Below, one piece after another: positions 1 to 10,506 of a DNA stretch of 64,000 nt. Origin of the DNA: Actinomycetota bacterium (GTDB taxonomy: Bacteria; Actinomycetota; Actinomycetes; Mycobacteriales; JACQDL01). The notes below the pieces were generated by a model that saw nothing but the letters and a program-made list of their open reading frames with translations, did no database searches and was not told the origin of the DNA. The position numbers were made by a program, and so were the translations under genes. The stretch spans positions 68,641 to 132,640 of the forward strand of contig JACQDL010000027.1 of the NCBI GenBank assembly GCA_016201065.1, given 5' to 3'. Each line of letters starts with the position of its first letter. Within the stretch, counting starts at the first letter, position 1.

Positions 1-8
1 GGTGCGGG

Positions 9-1598
9 TCAACCCGCGCCCAGGACCAGGTCGACGTCGATGAGGCGCGGTCCGTCGGCGGCCACCGCGTCCCGGACCGCCTCGGCCAGCTCGCCCGCCG
101 AGGCGGGGCGGACCCCGGGCACGCCGTACGCCTCGGCGATCCGCAACGAGTCCAGCCCCGGCAGCTCCAGCCCGGGCACGCCGGTGACGTGCTCGGCGCC
201 GGCGAACCAGCGGAGGATGCCGTACTCCCGGTTGCTCATCACGACCACGGTGATCGGCACCCGGTACGTCGCCGCCGTCCACAACGCGGTGATCGCGTAC
301 TGGATCGACCCGTCGCCGAGCACGGCGACGACCGGCCGGGTCGGGTCGGCGAGCTGCACCCCGATCGCCGCCGGTAACCCGAACCCCAGGCCGCCGCCGG
401 CGCCGAAGAAGTAGCCGCCGGGGCGCTGGGTGGGCAGGTACTGCCGGAGCACCGAGGCGCTGGACGGCGACTCGTTGACCACCACCGTCTCGGCCGGCAG
501 CACCTTCGCGAGCACCGTGTACACGGCGGCCGGGGACAGCGGGGTGCCGGCCAGGTCGGCGGCGGGTGGCGCCATCGCGGGCTCCGGGTACGGCCGATCC
601 GACACCGGCACCGACTCGGCGAGGGTCCGCAGCGCCGCCGCCGGGTTGCCGAGGATCGCCTGCCCGGTCAGCGCCCGGGCCGCCTCGTCGGGGTCCTCGG
701 TGAGCTGCACCAGCTCCGCACCGTCGGGCAGCACCGAGCCGGGGATGTGCGGGTAGTAGCGGAACACCGGTGCGCCGGCCACCAGCACCAGGTCGTGCCC
801 CTCCAGCTGCCGGGACAGTGGGGCCATCGCCGGCAGCAGGGCACCCCGGTAGAGCGGGTGGTCCTCGGGGAAGCCGGACCGCCCCTCCAGGGGCGCGCCG
901 TAGACCGCCATCCGGGCCCGCTCGGCGAGCGCGACGGCGGCCGGCCAGCCGCCGTCCGCATCGAGCACCCCGCCTACCACCAGCGCCGGCCGGGTGGCCC
1001 GGGCCAGCCGGCCGGCGAGGTCGCGCATCGCCGCCGGGTCGGGCACCGCACCGGAGCGCACCGACCGGCCGAGCGCGCCGGCGGTCGAACGCGGGTCCGC
1101 CTCGGCCGCCCAGTCGTCCATCGGCAGCGAGACGAACACCGGGCCGCGCGGCGGGGCGGCGGCGATGTGGTAGGCGCGGGCGAGCACGGCCGGCACGTCC
1201 TCGGCGCGGGCCGGCTCGGCGCTCCACTTCACCAGCGGCTTGGGCAGCGCCGTGGCGTCCACGTTGGTGAGCAGAGCCTCGCCGGTGATCTGGGCCCGGG
1301 TCTGCTGGCCGGCGGTGATCACCACCGGGGACCGGTTCGCTCTCGCGTTGAAGATGGCGCCCATGGCGTTGCCGACGCCGGGCGTGGTGTGCAGGTTCGC
1401 CAGCGCCGGTCGGCCGGTGGCCTGCGCGTAGCCGTCGGCCATGCCGACCACCACGGCCTCCTGCAGGCCGAGCAGGTAGCGGAAGTCGGCGGGGAACCGG
1501 TCCAGCATCGCCAGCTCGGTGGAGCCCGGGTTGCCGAAGACCGTCGTCATCCCCAGGGAGCGGAACAACTCGTACGCCGCGTCGCGCACCGTGACCAT
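9..1598 (-). CDS. mdlC: Thiamine-diphosphate-dependent decarboxylase, benzoylformate decarboxylase-like
   Basis: ORF 9..1775 trimmed to the ATG at 1598 (MVTVRDAAYELFRSLGMTTVFGNPGSTEL...). The N-terminus is collinear with Pseudomonas putida MdlC as I remember it. ThDP motif LGDGSIQY...NREYG is present. About 529 aa. Confidence 0.8.
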   Translation of the reverse strand: MVTVRDAAYELFRSLGMTTVFGNPGSTELAMLDRFPADFRYLLGLQEAVVVGMADGYAQATGRPALANLHTTPGVGNAMGAIFNARANRSPVVITAGQQTRAQITGEALLTNVDATALPKPLVKWSAEPARAEDVPAVLARAYHIAAAPPRGPVFVSLPMDDWAAEADPRSTAGALGRSVRSGAVPDPAAMRDLAGRLARATRPALVVGGVLDADGGWPAAVALAERARMAVYGAPLEGRSGFPEDHPLYRGALLPAMAPLSRQLEGHDLVLVAGAPVFRYYPHIPGSVLPDGAELVQLTEDPDEAARALTGQAILGNPAAALRTLAESVPVSDRPYPEPAMAPPAADLAGTPLSPAAVYTVLAKVLPAETVVVNESPSSASVLRQYLPTQRPGGYFFGAGGGLGFGLPAAIGVQLADPTRPVVAVLGDGSIQYAITALWTAATYRVPITVVVMSNREYGILRWFAGAEHVTGVPGLELPGLDSLRIAEAYGVPGVRPASAGELAEAVRDAVAADGPRLIDVDLVLGAG

Positions 1599-1608
1599 GT
1601 ACCCCAGA

Positions 1609-2787
1609 CTAGCCCGGCGGACCGTCCGCCGCGCCGGCCTTGCGGGCCCGCTGCACCGCCGGGCCGATGATCTCGCACACAGCCGCGACGTCGGCCTCGG
1701 TCGAGCTCCAGCCGAGGGAGAACCGCAGCGCGGAGCGGGCGGTCCGGTCATCCGCACCGACCGCGAGCAGGACATGGCTCGGCCGCACCACCCCGGTGGC
1801 GCAGGCGGCTCCGGTCGAGCACTCGATGCCGGCGGCGTCGAGCAGGAGCAGCAGCGCGTCTCCGGCGCAGCCGGGGAACGTGAGGTGGGCGTTGCCAGGC
1901 AGCCGGTGCACCGGGTCGCCGTTCAGCACCGCCTCCGGCACCCGCGTGCGCACCCCCGCCACCAGCCGGTCCCGCAGCGCGGAAAGCCTGACGGCACTGG
2001 CCGGTTGCGCCGCGACGGCCCGTTCGACCGCAACGGCCAACCCGACCAGGGCCGGTGCGTTGAGGGTGCCGGAGCGGATGTCCCGCTCCTGACCACCGCC
2101 GTGCAGCACCGGGGTGCACGCCACCTCGCGGCGGAGCAGCAGGGCACCGCACCCCAGCGGCCCGCCGAGCTTGTGCCCGCTGAGGCTGAGCGCGTCGGTA
2201 CCGCTGGCCGCGAAGTCCACCGGGAGGGCGCCGACCGCCTGCACGGCGTCGGTGTGGAACGGCACGCCGTACTCCCGGGCGATCGCGGCGAGCTCGGTGA
2301 CCGGCTGCACGGTGCCGATCTCGTTGTTGGCCCACATCACGGTGACCAGGGCCACGCTGCCCGGGTCGGCGACGAGGGCGGCGCGCAGCGCGTCCGGCGC
2401 CACCCGGCCCACCGCGTCCACCGGCAGCCAGTCAGCGCGGGCGCCCTGATGGTCGGCGAGCCAGCGGACGGTGTCGAGGACGGCGTGGTGCTCCACCGGG
2501 CTGGCCAGGATGCGGTTGCGGTGCGGGTCGGCCGACCGGCGCGCCCAGTAGATCCCCTTCACGGCGAGGTTGTCCGCCTCGGTGCCGCCCGCGGTGAAGA
2601 TCACCTCGAAGGGATCGGCGCGCAGCGCGGCGGCGAGCCGCTCCCGGGACTCCTCGACCCGGCGCCGGGCCTGCCGCCCGGCGGCGTGCGGTGACGAGGG
2701 GTTGCCCAGGTGGCGCTGCTCGGCCGTCACCGCGGCCGCGACCTCCGGGAGGATCGGCGTGGTGGCGGCGTGGTCGAGGTAGGTCAT
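1609..2787 (-). CDS. Cysteine desulfurase (class V aminotransferase, NifS/IscS-like)
   Basis: ORF 1609..3738 trimmed to the ATG at 2787 ([16 protein letters not shown]...). PLP-lysine motif [10 protein letters not shown]. 392 aa, typical length. Confidence 0.85.
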   Translation of the reverse strand: MTYLDHAATTPILPEVAAAVTAEQRHLGNPSSPHAAGRQARRRVEESRERLAAALRADPFEVIFTAGGTEADNLAVKGIYWARRSADPHRNRILASPVEHHAVLDTVRWLADHQGARADWLPVDAVGRVAPDALRAALVADPGSVALVTVMWANNEIGTVQPVTELAAIAREYGVPFHTDAVQAVGALPVDFAASGTDALSLSGHKLGGPLGCGALLLRREVACTPVLHGGGQERDIRSGTLNAPALVGLAVAVERAVAAQPASAVRLSALRDRLVAGVRTRVPEAVLNGDPVHRLPGNAHLTFPGCAGDALLLLLDAAGIECSTGAACATGVVRPSHVLLAVGADDRTARSALRFSLGWSSTEADVAAVCEIIGPAVQRARKAGAADGPPG

Positions 2788-4184
2788 CGCTCCCCCGCTG
2801 CGGAGTGGCCGGCCGGTGCCCGGAGCCGGCCGGCGAACAGAACGCCAAGACCAGCGATGGCGGCCATGGTGAGGTCGACGGTCGTGATCGCCGCCGGCAG
2901 CGGGACGATCCGCGCCAGCAGCACACCACCGAGCCCGATCGTGACGGCGCTGGCGAGCATGTCGCTGATCTGTAGCGCCGCGCTGTGGCTGCCCCGCTCC
3001 GCGGCCGGGGACAGCCGCATCAGCAGCACCGACACGCTCGGCACCGCCAGCCCCATGCCCGTACCGGAGATCGCCCATGCCGGAACGGCGAGCCAACCGG
3101 GTGAGCCGGCGAAGGCGATCGACACCAGACCGGTCGCGCCGGCACCGATCAGCGCGCAGCCGGCCCGGACCAGCGCGTGCCGTGGCGCGTGCGGCCGCCG
3201 CCCCTGGAACCACGAGCCGGCCGACCAGCCGAGCGCGCCGACGGTGAGTGGCACCCCGGCGGCGGTCGGGCTGTACCCGTGCAGCTGGGTCAACGTCAGC
3301 GGCATGAACGCCTCGACGCCGAAGAACGCGCCGGAGAGCAGCCCCCGGTAGCCGACCGTGGCCGGCAACCCGGAGCGCAACCGGACCGTGCCGGCCGGGA
3401 GTATCCGGCGTGCCGCCCACCACAACGTCACCAGCCCGGGCAGGGCAAGCACCGGCGCGGACCGGTGGCCGGGCTGGCCGGCGTACTGCACCGCGACCAG
3501 ACCGACCGCGACGAGCAGCGCGTACGGCGCCCGGCTGCCCCGGCCGGCGACCCCGACCCGACGCTCCGACCCGACCGGGTCGGAGCTGCCGAGCGTGGTG
3601 TGCCGGCGCAGCGCCCGCAGCACCAGCACCGCCCCAACGAGGACGAGCGGCACCAGGCCGAGGAACGCCAGCCGCCAGGTCAGGTGCTGGGTGACCAGAC
3701 CCGCCACGATCGGCCCGATCAGGGCGGGCAGCACCCACGCGGCCGAGACCACGGCGAAGACCCGCGGTCGCGTCGCGTCGTCGAAGACCTCGGCGATGAC
3801 CACGAACAGCGGGACGACGAGCAGCCCGACCCCCAGCCCCTGCACGGCCCGCGCGGCGACGAACACGGCCATCTGCCCGGTCACACCCGCACCCACCAGC
3901 CCGGCGCAGAACACCCCGAACCCGACCAGAAGCACCGGCCGCGGCCCGCGCCGGTCCGCCTGCTCACCGGCCAGCACCACCGCCAGCACGCTCGCCACCA
4001 TGAAGGCGGTGAACGGCCAGCTGTAGTAGCGCAGGCCGTGCAGCTCGCGGACCGCGGTCGGCATGGCGGTGGCCACCGCCATGCTCTCGAACGCGATCAG
4101 GGTGATCACTAGCACCACGCCGGCCGTGATCGGCCGGTAGGCCCGGGAGAGCAGGGACACCGGCTCGCCAGCGGGCCCGGTCAC
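2784..4184 (-). CDS. MFS transporter
   Basis: C-terminal 466 aa of ORF 2784..4673 is a run of hydrophobic helices with MFS-like loops ([14 protein letters not shown]). GTG start at 4184 chosen. The stop overlaps the downstream gene start by 4 nt. Confidence 0.7.
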   Translation of the reverse strand: MTGPAGEPVSLLSRAYRPITAGVVLVITLIAFESMAVATAMPTAVRELHGLRYYSWPFTAFMVASVLAVVLAGEQADRRGPRPVLLVGFGVFCAGLVGAGVTGQMAVFVAARAVQGLGVGLLVVPLFVVIAEVFDDATRPRVFAVVSAAWVLPALIGPIVAGLVTQHLTWRLAFLGLVPLVLVGAVLVLRALRRHTTLGSSDPVGSERRVGVAGRGSRAPYALLVAVGLVAVQYAGQPGHRSAPVLALPGLVTLWWAARRILPAGTVRLRSGLPATVGYRGLLSGAFFGVEAFMPLTLTQLHGYSPTAAGVPLTVGALGWSAGSWFQGRRPHAPRHALVRAGCALIGAGATGLVSIAFAGSPGWLAVPAWAISGTGMGLAVPSVSVLLMRLSPAAERGSHSAALQISDMLASAVTIGLGGVLLARIVPLPAAITTVDLTMAAIAGLGVLFAGRLRAPAGHSAAGER

Positions 4185-4236
4185 GGACCGTGACCCTACC
4201 AGCACCCGGGCCGCGCACCCGCCAACCGCGGGTCGG

Positions 4237-5196
4237 TCATCCGGCCCGCCTGGCCAGCTCCTCGACGAGCTGCGGCACGACGGCGAACAGGTCACCGACG
4301 ACCCCGAAGTCGGCGATCTCGAAGATCGGCGCCTCCGGGTCCTTGTTAATCGCGATGATGGTCTTCGAGGTCTGCATCCCGGCCCGGTGCTGGATCGCCC
4401 CGGAGATGCCGGCCGCGATGTAGAGCTGGGGCGAGACGGTGACGCCGGTCTGCCCGACCTGCGCCGAGTGCGGGTACCAGCCGGCGTCGGTCGCCGCCCG
4501 GGACGCGCCGACGGCCGCGCCGAGCGCGTCGGCGAGCTGCTCGATGACCGCGAAGTTGGCCGCGCTACCGACCCCGCGACCACCGGAGACCACCACGGAC
4601 GCCTCGGCCAGCTCCGGCCGGCTGCTCCGGGCCTCCTCGACCCGCTCGACGATCCGGGACCGGCGGGCCTCATCGGAGAGGCTGACCGGCACCGGATGCA
4701 GCTCCACGCCGGCCGGGGCCGGCACCGCGTCCACCGAGTTCGGCCGCATGGTGATCACGGCGGTGCCGGTGCGGACAGTCGAGCGCACGGTCACCGCGCC
4801 GCCGAAGATGCTCTGGGTCGCGGTGCGGTCGGCGTCCAACCCGACCGCGTCGGTGATCAGCCCGTTGCCGGTGCGCACCGCGACCCGGGCCGCCACCTCC
4901 CGGGACTCGGCGGTGGAGGCGACGAGCAGCGCGGTCGGGGCACGGTCGGTGACCATGGCGGCCAGCACGTCCACCTTGGGCGCCACGAGGTAGTCGTCGA
5001 TGTCGTCGGCCTCCGCGGCGTGCACCGCGACGGCACCGTACTCGGCCAGCCGGTCGGCCAGCGCCGCCGCCGTACCCGGCGGGCCGAAGACCACCGCCCC
5101 CGGCACACCCAGCGACCGGGCGGCGGTGAGCAGCTCCAGGGTGACCTTCTTGACCGCTCCGCGAGCGTGCTCAACCAGGACCAGGACCTCAGCCAC
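4237..5196 (-). CDS. etfA: Electron transfer flavoprotein alpha subunit
   Basis: [10 protein letters not shown]... with C-terminal FAD-binding signature [19 protein letters not shown]. Directly downstream of etfB. Confidence 0.9.
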   Translation of the reverse strand: MAEVLVLVEHARGAVKKVTLELLTAARSLGVPGAVVFGPPGTAAALADRLAEYGAVAVHAAEADDIDDYLVAPKVDVLAAMVTDRAPTALLVASTAESREVAARVAVRTGNGLITDAVGLDADRTATQSIFGGAVTVRSTVRTGTAVITMRPNSVDAVPAPAGVELHPVPVSLSDEARRSRIVERVEEARSSRPELAEASVVVSGGRGVGSAANFAVIEQLADALGAAVGASRAATDAGWYPHSAQVGQTGVTVSPQLYIAAGISGAIQHRAGMQTSKTIIAINKDPEAPIFEIADFGVVGDLFAVVPQLVEELARRAG

Positions 5197-5224
5197 GAAA
5201 GATCAACCCCTCCTCGGACACGCC

Positions 5225-6004
5225 TCAGACCAGCTTCCGCGCCACGAGGTAGTCGGCGATCTTCACGCCGCCGTCCCCCTCGTCCTTGACCACCTGGCCG
5301 ACCTGCCGGTCCAGCCGCTGGTCCACCTCGGTGACCTGGCTATACGCCGCGGCGAGGCCAACCTCGCCGGCGGCCAGCCCCAGATCCGCCACCCCGAGGG
5401 TGGTCACCGGCTTGGACTTCGCCTGCATGATCCCCTTGAAGGACGGGTACCGCGGCTCGTTGATCTTCTCCACGACGCTGAGTACGGCGGGCAGGGTCGC
5501 CTCCACCACCTGGTAGCCGTCGTCGGTGCTGCGCTCGATCCGCACCACCTGGCCGTCCACGGTGACCGCGCGGGCCCGGGAGAGCTGGGCAACACCGAGC
5601 AGCTCGGCGAGCAGCGCCGGGAGCACGGACATCCTCGCGTCGGTGGACTCCACCCCGGTGAGCACCAGATCCCACCCGACCGTGCCCAGCGCCGCGGCGA
5701 TCGCCCGGGCGGTCTGGATCGCGTCCGACCCGTGCAGGGCGTCGTCGGTGACGTGGATGCCCGCGTCGACGCCCATCGAGAGCACCTTGCGGATGGTCTC
5801 GGTCACCCGGGCCGGTCCCATCGACAGCACGGTCACCGTGCCGCCGTGTGCCTCCTTCAGCCGCAGCGCCTCCTCGACGGCGTACTCGTCGAGCTCGTTG
5901 ATGACCGCGTCGACGCCCTCTCGGTTGAGGGTCTTGTCGGCGCTGCTCAGCGAGCGCTCCGCCCATGTGTCGGGCACCTGCTTGACCAGAACGACAGTGT
6001 TCAT
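5225..6004 (-). CDS. etfB: Electron transfer flavoprotein beta subunit
   Basis: MNTVVLVKQVPDTWAERSL... is a typical EtfB N-terminus. 259 aa. Paired with etfA. Confidence 0.9.
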   Translation of the reverse strand: MNTVVLVKQVPDTWAERSLSSADKTLNREGVDAVINELDEYAVEEALRLKEAHGGTVTVLSMGPARVTETIRKVLSMGVDAGIHVTDDALHGSDAIQTARAIAAALGTVGWDLVLTGVESTDARMSVLPALLAELLGVAQLSRARAVTVDGQVVRIERSTDDGYQVVEATLPAVLSVVEKINEPRYPSFKGIMQAKSKPVTTLGVADLGLAAGEVGLAAAYSQVTEVDQRLDRQVGQVVKDEGDGGVKIADYLVARKLV

Positions 6005-6278
6005 GGATCTCCGCGACCTCCCAGAATGTGTCGCCGTCCGTACCCCAGGGGTTCCGGCACACAGGGTTCCAGGTTGCCCATGCTACCTGCGGGTAATTTC
6101 GGGAACCGCCGCAGTCGCGCCGTGACCCGCGTCACGGCCCGGCCGCGCACTGGGGCCATCCAGCCGGTCCGGTTCGGGCCATTGAGCCGCTTCGGGAATG
6201 ATCGGTGCAACACCACAAAACGAGCTGTTATGCTCCGCGATCGCGCCTATCGGCCCGATAGAGGAGAGCCACCCCGCG

Positions 6279-7226
6279 ATGTCCCGACTTCGGCCGACCT
6301 CTCGCCGCGTCCCCTGGCACCCCGGCCGGATCGCCCTGCTCGCCGTCATGATCACGATCGGGGCGGCGCTGGTCGGGCTGCCCGGGCACACCGAGCGCGC
6401 GTCGGCCGCCCCGGCGGTGGCGGCAACCACCGGGCCGAACACAACGGTGACGTTCTCCTCAGGGCGGCAGTACGTCTACCACACCCCGCCGCCGCACGCC
6501 GGTGTCCGGTGGCCCCTGGTGATCGTGCTGCACGGCCTCGACAACACCTGGGCCACCGCGGCCGCGAGCGGGAACTGGTCGACGTTCGCCGATGCCCACC
6601 ACTTCGGGCTCGCCTACGGCGTCGGCCTGAGCTCCTCGTGGAACGCGGGACTGTGTTGCGGACAGTCCGCCGCCAGCGGGGTGGACGATGTGAGCTACCT
6701 CGTCTCGGTGGCGGACGATGTCCAGGCCACCCGCACCGAGGTCGACCCGCACCGGGTGTACGTGGTGGGCTTCTCCAACGGCGACATGATGGCGCTGCGG
6801 GCCGAATGCGAACGGCCGGACTTCTTCGCCGCCGCGGGCGGAGCCGGCGGCGACCTCACCAGTGGCTGCCGGTCCACCAGGCAGGTCCGGTACCGGCACC
6901 TGCACGGCCTGGCCGACGGCACGGTCCCCTACCAGGGTGGGACGGTGACGATCGGCGGGAAGCAGATGACCCTCCCACCGGTGGCCACCATCCCGTCGCT
7001 GGTCGCCGTGCAGTCCCCCAACCCGATCGTCGCGGTCACCGCGTACCCGGACGCCGGACACGCCTGGCCGCGGTTGGACAACGCGTTCAAGGTGGACGGC
7101 ACAGCCCTGATCTGGTCCTGGATCTCCGCCTACCGGGTACCGCTGATCGTCCCCGGTTCGCTCCCCGACCCGGTCCGACCGGCGCCACCGGTCATCCAAC
7201 CCAGGGCGCCGGCTGACGGCGCCTGA
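6279..7226 (+). CDS. Secreted esterase, PHB-depolymerase/LpqC-like family
   Basis: ATG at 6279 preceded by GAGGAGAG. Signal-like N-terminus (SRRVPW...LLAVMITIGAALVG). VIVLHG and the GFSNGDMMA nucleophile elbow (GxSxG). Confidence 0.6.
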   Translation: MSRLRPTSRRVPWHPGRIALLAVMITIGAALVGLPGHTERASAAPAVAATTGPNTTVTFSSGRQYVYHTPPPHAGVRWPLVIVLHGLDNTWATAAASGNWSTFADAHHFGLAYGVGLSSSWNAGLCCGQSAASGVDDVSYLVSVADDVQATRTEVDPHRVYVVGFSNGDMMALRAECERPDFFAAAGGAGGDLTSGCRSTRQVRYRHLHGLADGTVPYQGGTVTIGGKQMTLPPVATIPSLVAVQSPNPIVAVTAYPDAGHAWPRLDNAFKVDGTALIWSWISAYRVPLIVPGSLPDPVRPAPPVIQPRAPADGA

Positions 7227-7286
7227 CGAGCCCTCCTGACGCTAGACCCGAGGAGGTCGGCGGGCGCGTTTCGGGGTCTTGCGCTG

Positions 7287-8387
7287 TCAGGTCGGGTTCG
7301 AGGAGATCAGATCAAGGTAGCGCTCGTGGAAGTCGCTGGCTGCGGGTACCGAGGTGCGGAACCGGGTCAGCGCTTGATCAACATCGGCGAGTTGGTCGGC
7401 GACTCTCATGGAACTGACCTGGGACACCGCCAACAGGAGAGCGTCGGTAGCAGTCGTGGCGGCGGATTCGATGTCGTTCCGTTGGATTCGGGCGCGTGCG
7501 ATACGGATGAGGACGGTGGCGCGGTCACGGATGTAGGTGGGATCGATGGTCTCCAGAACGGCCTGGAAGGTCGCCTCGGCGCGGGTGGGATCACCCAGTG
7601 TCAGCCAGCAGATCCCGGCGTGGATCTGCTCATCGGCCCGCCCGAAGTAGTAGATCCACTCCGGCGCGTCGGGGTCGTCGGCGTCCAGCAGTGTTTCGGC
7701 ACGGTGCAGGGCACGACCACTGGTCGTGCTGTCGCCAAGCTTGGCCGCGGCGACGGCCTGCCGGGCGACCAGCATGGCGCGCACGGTGGATGACCCGCCG
7801 GCACCAAGGCCTTCTTCGGCGGTCTGAGCCAGAGTCAGGCCGTCGTGGGGTCGATCAAGGTTGTAGGACTGTAGCGCCATGCCCGCCAGGATGTTCGCGC
7901 CCATCGCCGTGTCTGCGGCGCTGTGTGCGGCGTGCAGGGCCGCGACCCACTGGCGCTGGGCGAAGCCGTGCATGCTTGAGTCGTAGGCCAACCAGCCCAG
8001 GAAATGCCCAAGGTTCGCGGCGGTGGCGTGCAGGCGCCTGCCGACCTCGCTGGTGTAGCTGCCGCCGAGCAGGTCGGTGACCCGTTGGTAGCGCTGGCGG
8101 ACGATCGGCAGGAGATCGGTGCCACCGATCTCGTCGTCGAGGTGCCGCAGCTTCAGCACCATGGCATCAAGCTGCTCGACCAACGCGAGATCAACTCGGG
8201 TCGTGCCGTCGTGTACCGAGGCGGAGACCGGGTCAGCCGTCACCCAGTCACGGGCGAGACCGATGAGGTCATCCCCGGCACGGAGGCCGGCGAGTGGGTG
8301 CTGGTCCATCTGGCCATCCTTCAACGCTGTGAATGCTGTGACTGTGCCGCCCACATCCCACGGCGGGGATTGCCACTCGGTATCCAT
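7287..8387 (-). CDS. Hypothetical helical (TPR-like) protein, resembles the C-terminal part of actinobacterial XRE-TPR regulators but has no HTH
   Basis: ORF 7287..8522 trimmed to the ATG at 8387 (MDTEWQSPPW...). All-helical repeat-like sequence (WIYYFGRADEQIHAGICWLTLGDPTRAEATFQAVLE). Family call is weak. Confidence 0.45.
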   Translation of the reverse strand: MDTEWQSPPWDVGGTVTAFTALKDGQMDQHPLAGLRAGDDLIGLARDWVTADPVSASVHDGTTRVDLALVEQLDAMVLKLRHLDDEIGGTDLLPIVRQRYQRVTDLLGGSYTSEVGRRLHATAANLGHFLGWLAYDSSMHGFAQRQWVAALHAAHSAADTAMGANILAGMALQSYNLDRPHDGLTLAQTAEEGLGAGGSSTVRAMLVARQAVAAAKLGDSTTSGRALHRAETLLDADDPDAPEWIYYFGRADEQIHAGICWLTLGDPTRAEATFQAVLETIDPTYIRDRATVLIRIARARIQRNDIESAATTATDALLLAVSQVSSMRVADQLADVDQALTRFRTSVPAASDFHERYLDLISSNPT

Positions 8388-8777
8388 GACCTGACCCCAC
8401 GCTGATCCGCAAATGGGGAGCGCCCTGCGCCCACGCCCCGACACCCACACCAACGAAGACGGCGGCGCCACCCATGACATTGCAACTGACCAGACGGTCG
8501 GCGCATCCGGCGAGGTGTGCACGGCTCACGTACACGATCGGTAGCTCCTCGCGCCCGGATGCCAGGGGGCTTCGGCTCGCGGGTGAACCCGAGGCGGTGG
8601 GCGTGGCTGACGTGCCCACGCCCACCGCAACGGGGATACGCGGCCACCCGCGACTGCCAGGCGGCGGTTAGCCGCGCACCGAGTGCGCGCCCACCCAAGA
8701 CCGCCACTGGCAGAAAGGGCGGCGGGGCCGGAGTACTCGACCGGACCCGCCGTTCCTGTTGAAGCCCGAGCTCGGGG

Positions 8778-9794
8778 CTAGACCCCGCGGCCGACTTCCG
8801 GGCGTACCGCCCAGCCGTCATCGTCGACGGCGAACGACGGCTTGAGCATTGCGAGGTCCGGCTCACCGGTCCTGCGCCACTGCGCGAGCAGTTCAGCGAG
8901 GCTGTTCTTCGTGTCATCGGTTCCGGCCACGAGCAGGCCACCGTTGCTGAGGCTGACGGCGAGACTGTCGGCCGTCGCCAGCCCGATTCCCCAGCCGCGT
9001 GGGCCGCCAGCGCTGGCGACGTCGTCGGTTGACGCCAGGACGAAGGCGGTGAACGCCCGCCACCGATCCGCCCCTTGGTCGAAGAAGCCCTGTTCCGGCT
9101 CGGCTTCGACCAACTCGTCCAACAGCTTCTGCGCAACCTCCGCAGGCTGTTCGTGGAGCCGGTGACCACTGACCCACCACGGCTGGCCGTCCGCCTGGCG
9201 ATCGACCGCGTCTACGTAACGAATCGGCATGCCGAAGTCGATGATCACCTCGGGAGCCATTTCGATGAAGCTGCCGGGGTGCAGCTCGCCGCCGTGGATC
9301 TGGCCGTCGAGCGTGCAGCGGACGACAGCGTTGGTTCCGGCGACATCGGCGATCTTCACCGGAGTGACCAACACTGCTCCCGGTTTGGCCTGCTTGACCC
9401 ATGCGCTGGGCACGACGTGCGGAGTTACCCAGCCAACGATCCGGTCGTAGGGTCCCGATGCCTGCCAGCCCTCAAAGCCGTCCGCAGCGTGCACCTCGAC
9501 GTTGGTATGGCCGGCGCGATCATGCAGAACGCGAGCACGCTCAACCAGGCTCGGGTCAATATCGACGGACACCACATGGCCGTCAGCGCCGACGATGCGG
9601 GAGAGCAGCGCACCGGAGTACCCCGATCCGGTGCCGACTTCCAGCACCCGCATGCCTGGCTCAAGGTCGAGCATCTGGAGCATTCCATGAATCATGGTGT
9701 CGGTGGTGACCTGCGGGATCAGGTAACCGTCCGCTGTGCTCGTCCATGCGTCGTAGTCGACAGCGGCGGCAGCCGCTGCGATGAGGTCCGTCAC
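8778..9794 (-). CDS. Protein-L-isoaspartate O-methyltransferase (PIMT) homologue, lasso-peptide tailoring enzyme
   Basis: SAM motif VLEVGTGSGYSGALL plus VVSVDID, as in Pcm enzymes. About 120 aa of extra C-terminal sequence. GTG start overlaps the B2 stop by 4 nt (GTGA). Confidence 0.85.
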   Translation of the reverse strand: MTDLIAAAAAAVDYDAWTSTADGYLIPQVTTDTMIHGMLQMLDLEPGMRVLEVGTGSGYSGALLSRIVGADGHVVSVDIDPSLVERARVLHDRAGHTNVEVHAADGFEGWQASGPYDRIVGWVTPHVVPSAWVKQAKPGAVLVTPVKIADVAGTNAVVRCTLDGQIHGGELHPGSFIEMAPEVIIDFGMPIRYVDAVDRQADGQPWWVSGHRLHEQPAEVAQKLLDELVEAEPEQGFFDQGADRWRAFTAFVLASTDDVASAGGPRGWGIGLATADSLAVSLSNGGLLVAGTDDTKNSLAELLAQWRRTGEPDLAMLKPSFAVDDDGWAVRPEVGRGV

Positions 9795-10240
9795 GTCATG
9801 CTCCGGGTTCGAGTCGGTGGTGCCGAGATGGTGATCAATGGTTGGTAGGTCGCCGCGGAAGGGGGTTCACCGATCGGGTTGTTGAAGGCGTCGGCAAGCC
9901 AGGCGTGCGCGGCCAACGGCGGTGTGCGAACACCCATGCGCCAGGTGACGCCCTGGCGGCGAGCGGCCAGCAGGACCACAGCGGTCAAGGATCGCTCCAT
10001 ACATGCCAGGCGGACCGGCACCCACCTGGCGGCATCGTCGACGGCTTCGAGTACGCCTTCGACCTCCTCCAGCGATGCGGTTCGGCGGGTCGTTCCTGCC
10101 AGCCAGCGGGCTGCCGACATCACGTGATCGAACCTGAGCGCGACCAGTGCGAGTCGGACCGTCGACGCCACGCACACGGCGGAAACGGTCGCAAGCCGGG
10201 GCGGTCGAAGGCGCTGCGGGAACGCCATCGGCGTACTCAT
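9791..10240 (-). CDS. Lasso peptide biosynthesis B2 protein (transglutaminase-like leader peptidase)
   Basis: VRLACMERSLTAVVLLAARRQGVTWRMGV...AAHAWLAD carries the Cys and His of the B2 protease. 4-nt overlaps on both sides. Confidence 0.85.
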   Translation of the reverse strand: MSTPMAFPQRLRPPRLATVSAVCVASTVRLALVALRFDHVMSAARWLAGTTRRTASLEEVEGVLEAVDDAARWVPVRLACMERSLTAVVLLAARRQGVTWRMGVRTPPLAAHAWLADAFNNPIGEPPSAATYQPLITISAPPTRTRSMT

Positions 10241-10506
10241 GGCTCTGCCCTCACGAGGCCGGTCCGCTGCAAGTCCGCGAGCAGCACGTCGAGATCGGCG
10301 CGTACACGCGCCGATCCGGTGCCGTACCGCTCGGCCACCGACCTGCTGGCCGCGTCTGGCTGTCCGTCATGTTCCAGAAGTGCCGTCCACATTGCCGCTG
10401 CGGTTGGGTTGCATCGGTACAGCCTGCCGGACTTCTCACGAAGGAGCACCAGGCCGCCGTCGTCCATCGGTGTCGAGCTGACCCCGTCATCAGGCCGGTA
10501 GCGCAC
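10237..10506 (-). CDS. Lasso peptide biosynthesis B1 protein (PqqD-family RiPP recognition element)
   Basis: GLVLLREKSGRLYRCNPTAAAMWTALLE...VRADLDVLLADLQRTGLV is a PqqD/RRE pattern. GTG at 10506 chosen (17-nt overlap with C). The alternative ATG at 10467 would remove the first beta strand. Confidence 0.8.
   Translation of the reverse strand: MRYRPDDGVSSTPMDDGGLVLLREKSGRLYRCNPTAAAMWTALLEHDGQPDAASRSVAERYGTGSARVRADLDVLLADLQRTGLVRAEP

Noticed and set aside
7293-7305. GGGTTCGAGGA resembling a tRNA T-arm
   Set aside because: It lies inside the 3' end of the 7287..8387 CDS. No acceptor or anticodon stems can be drawn around it.
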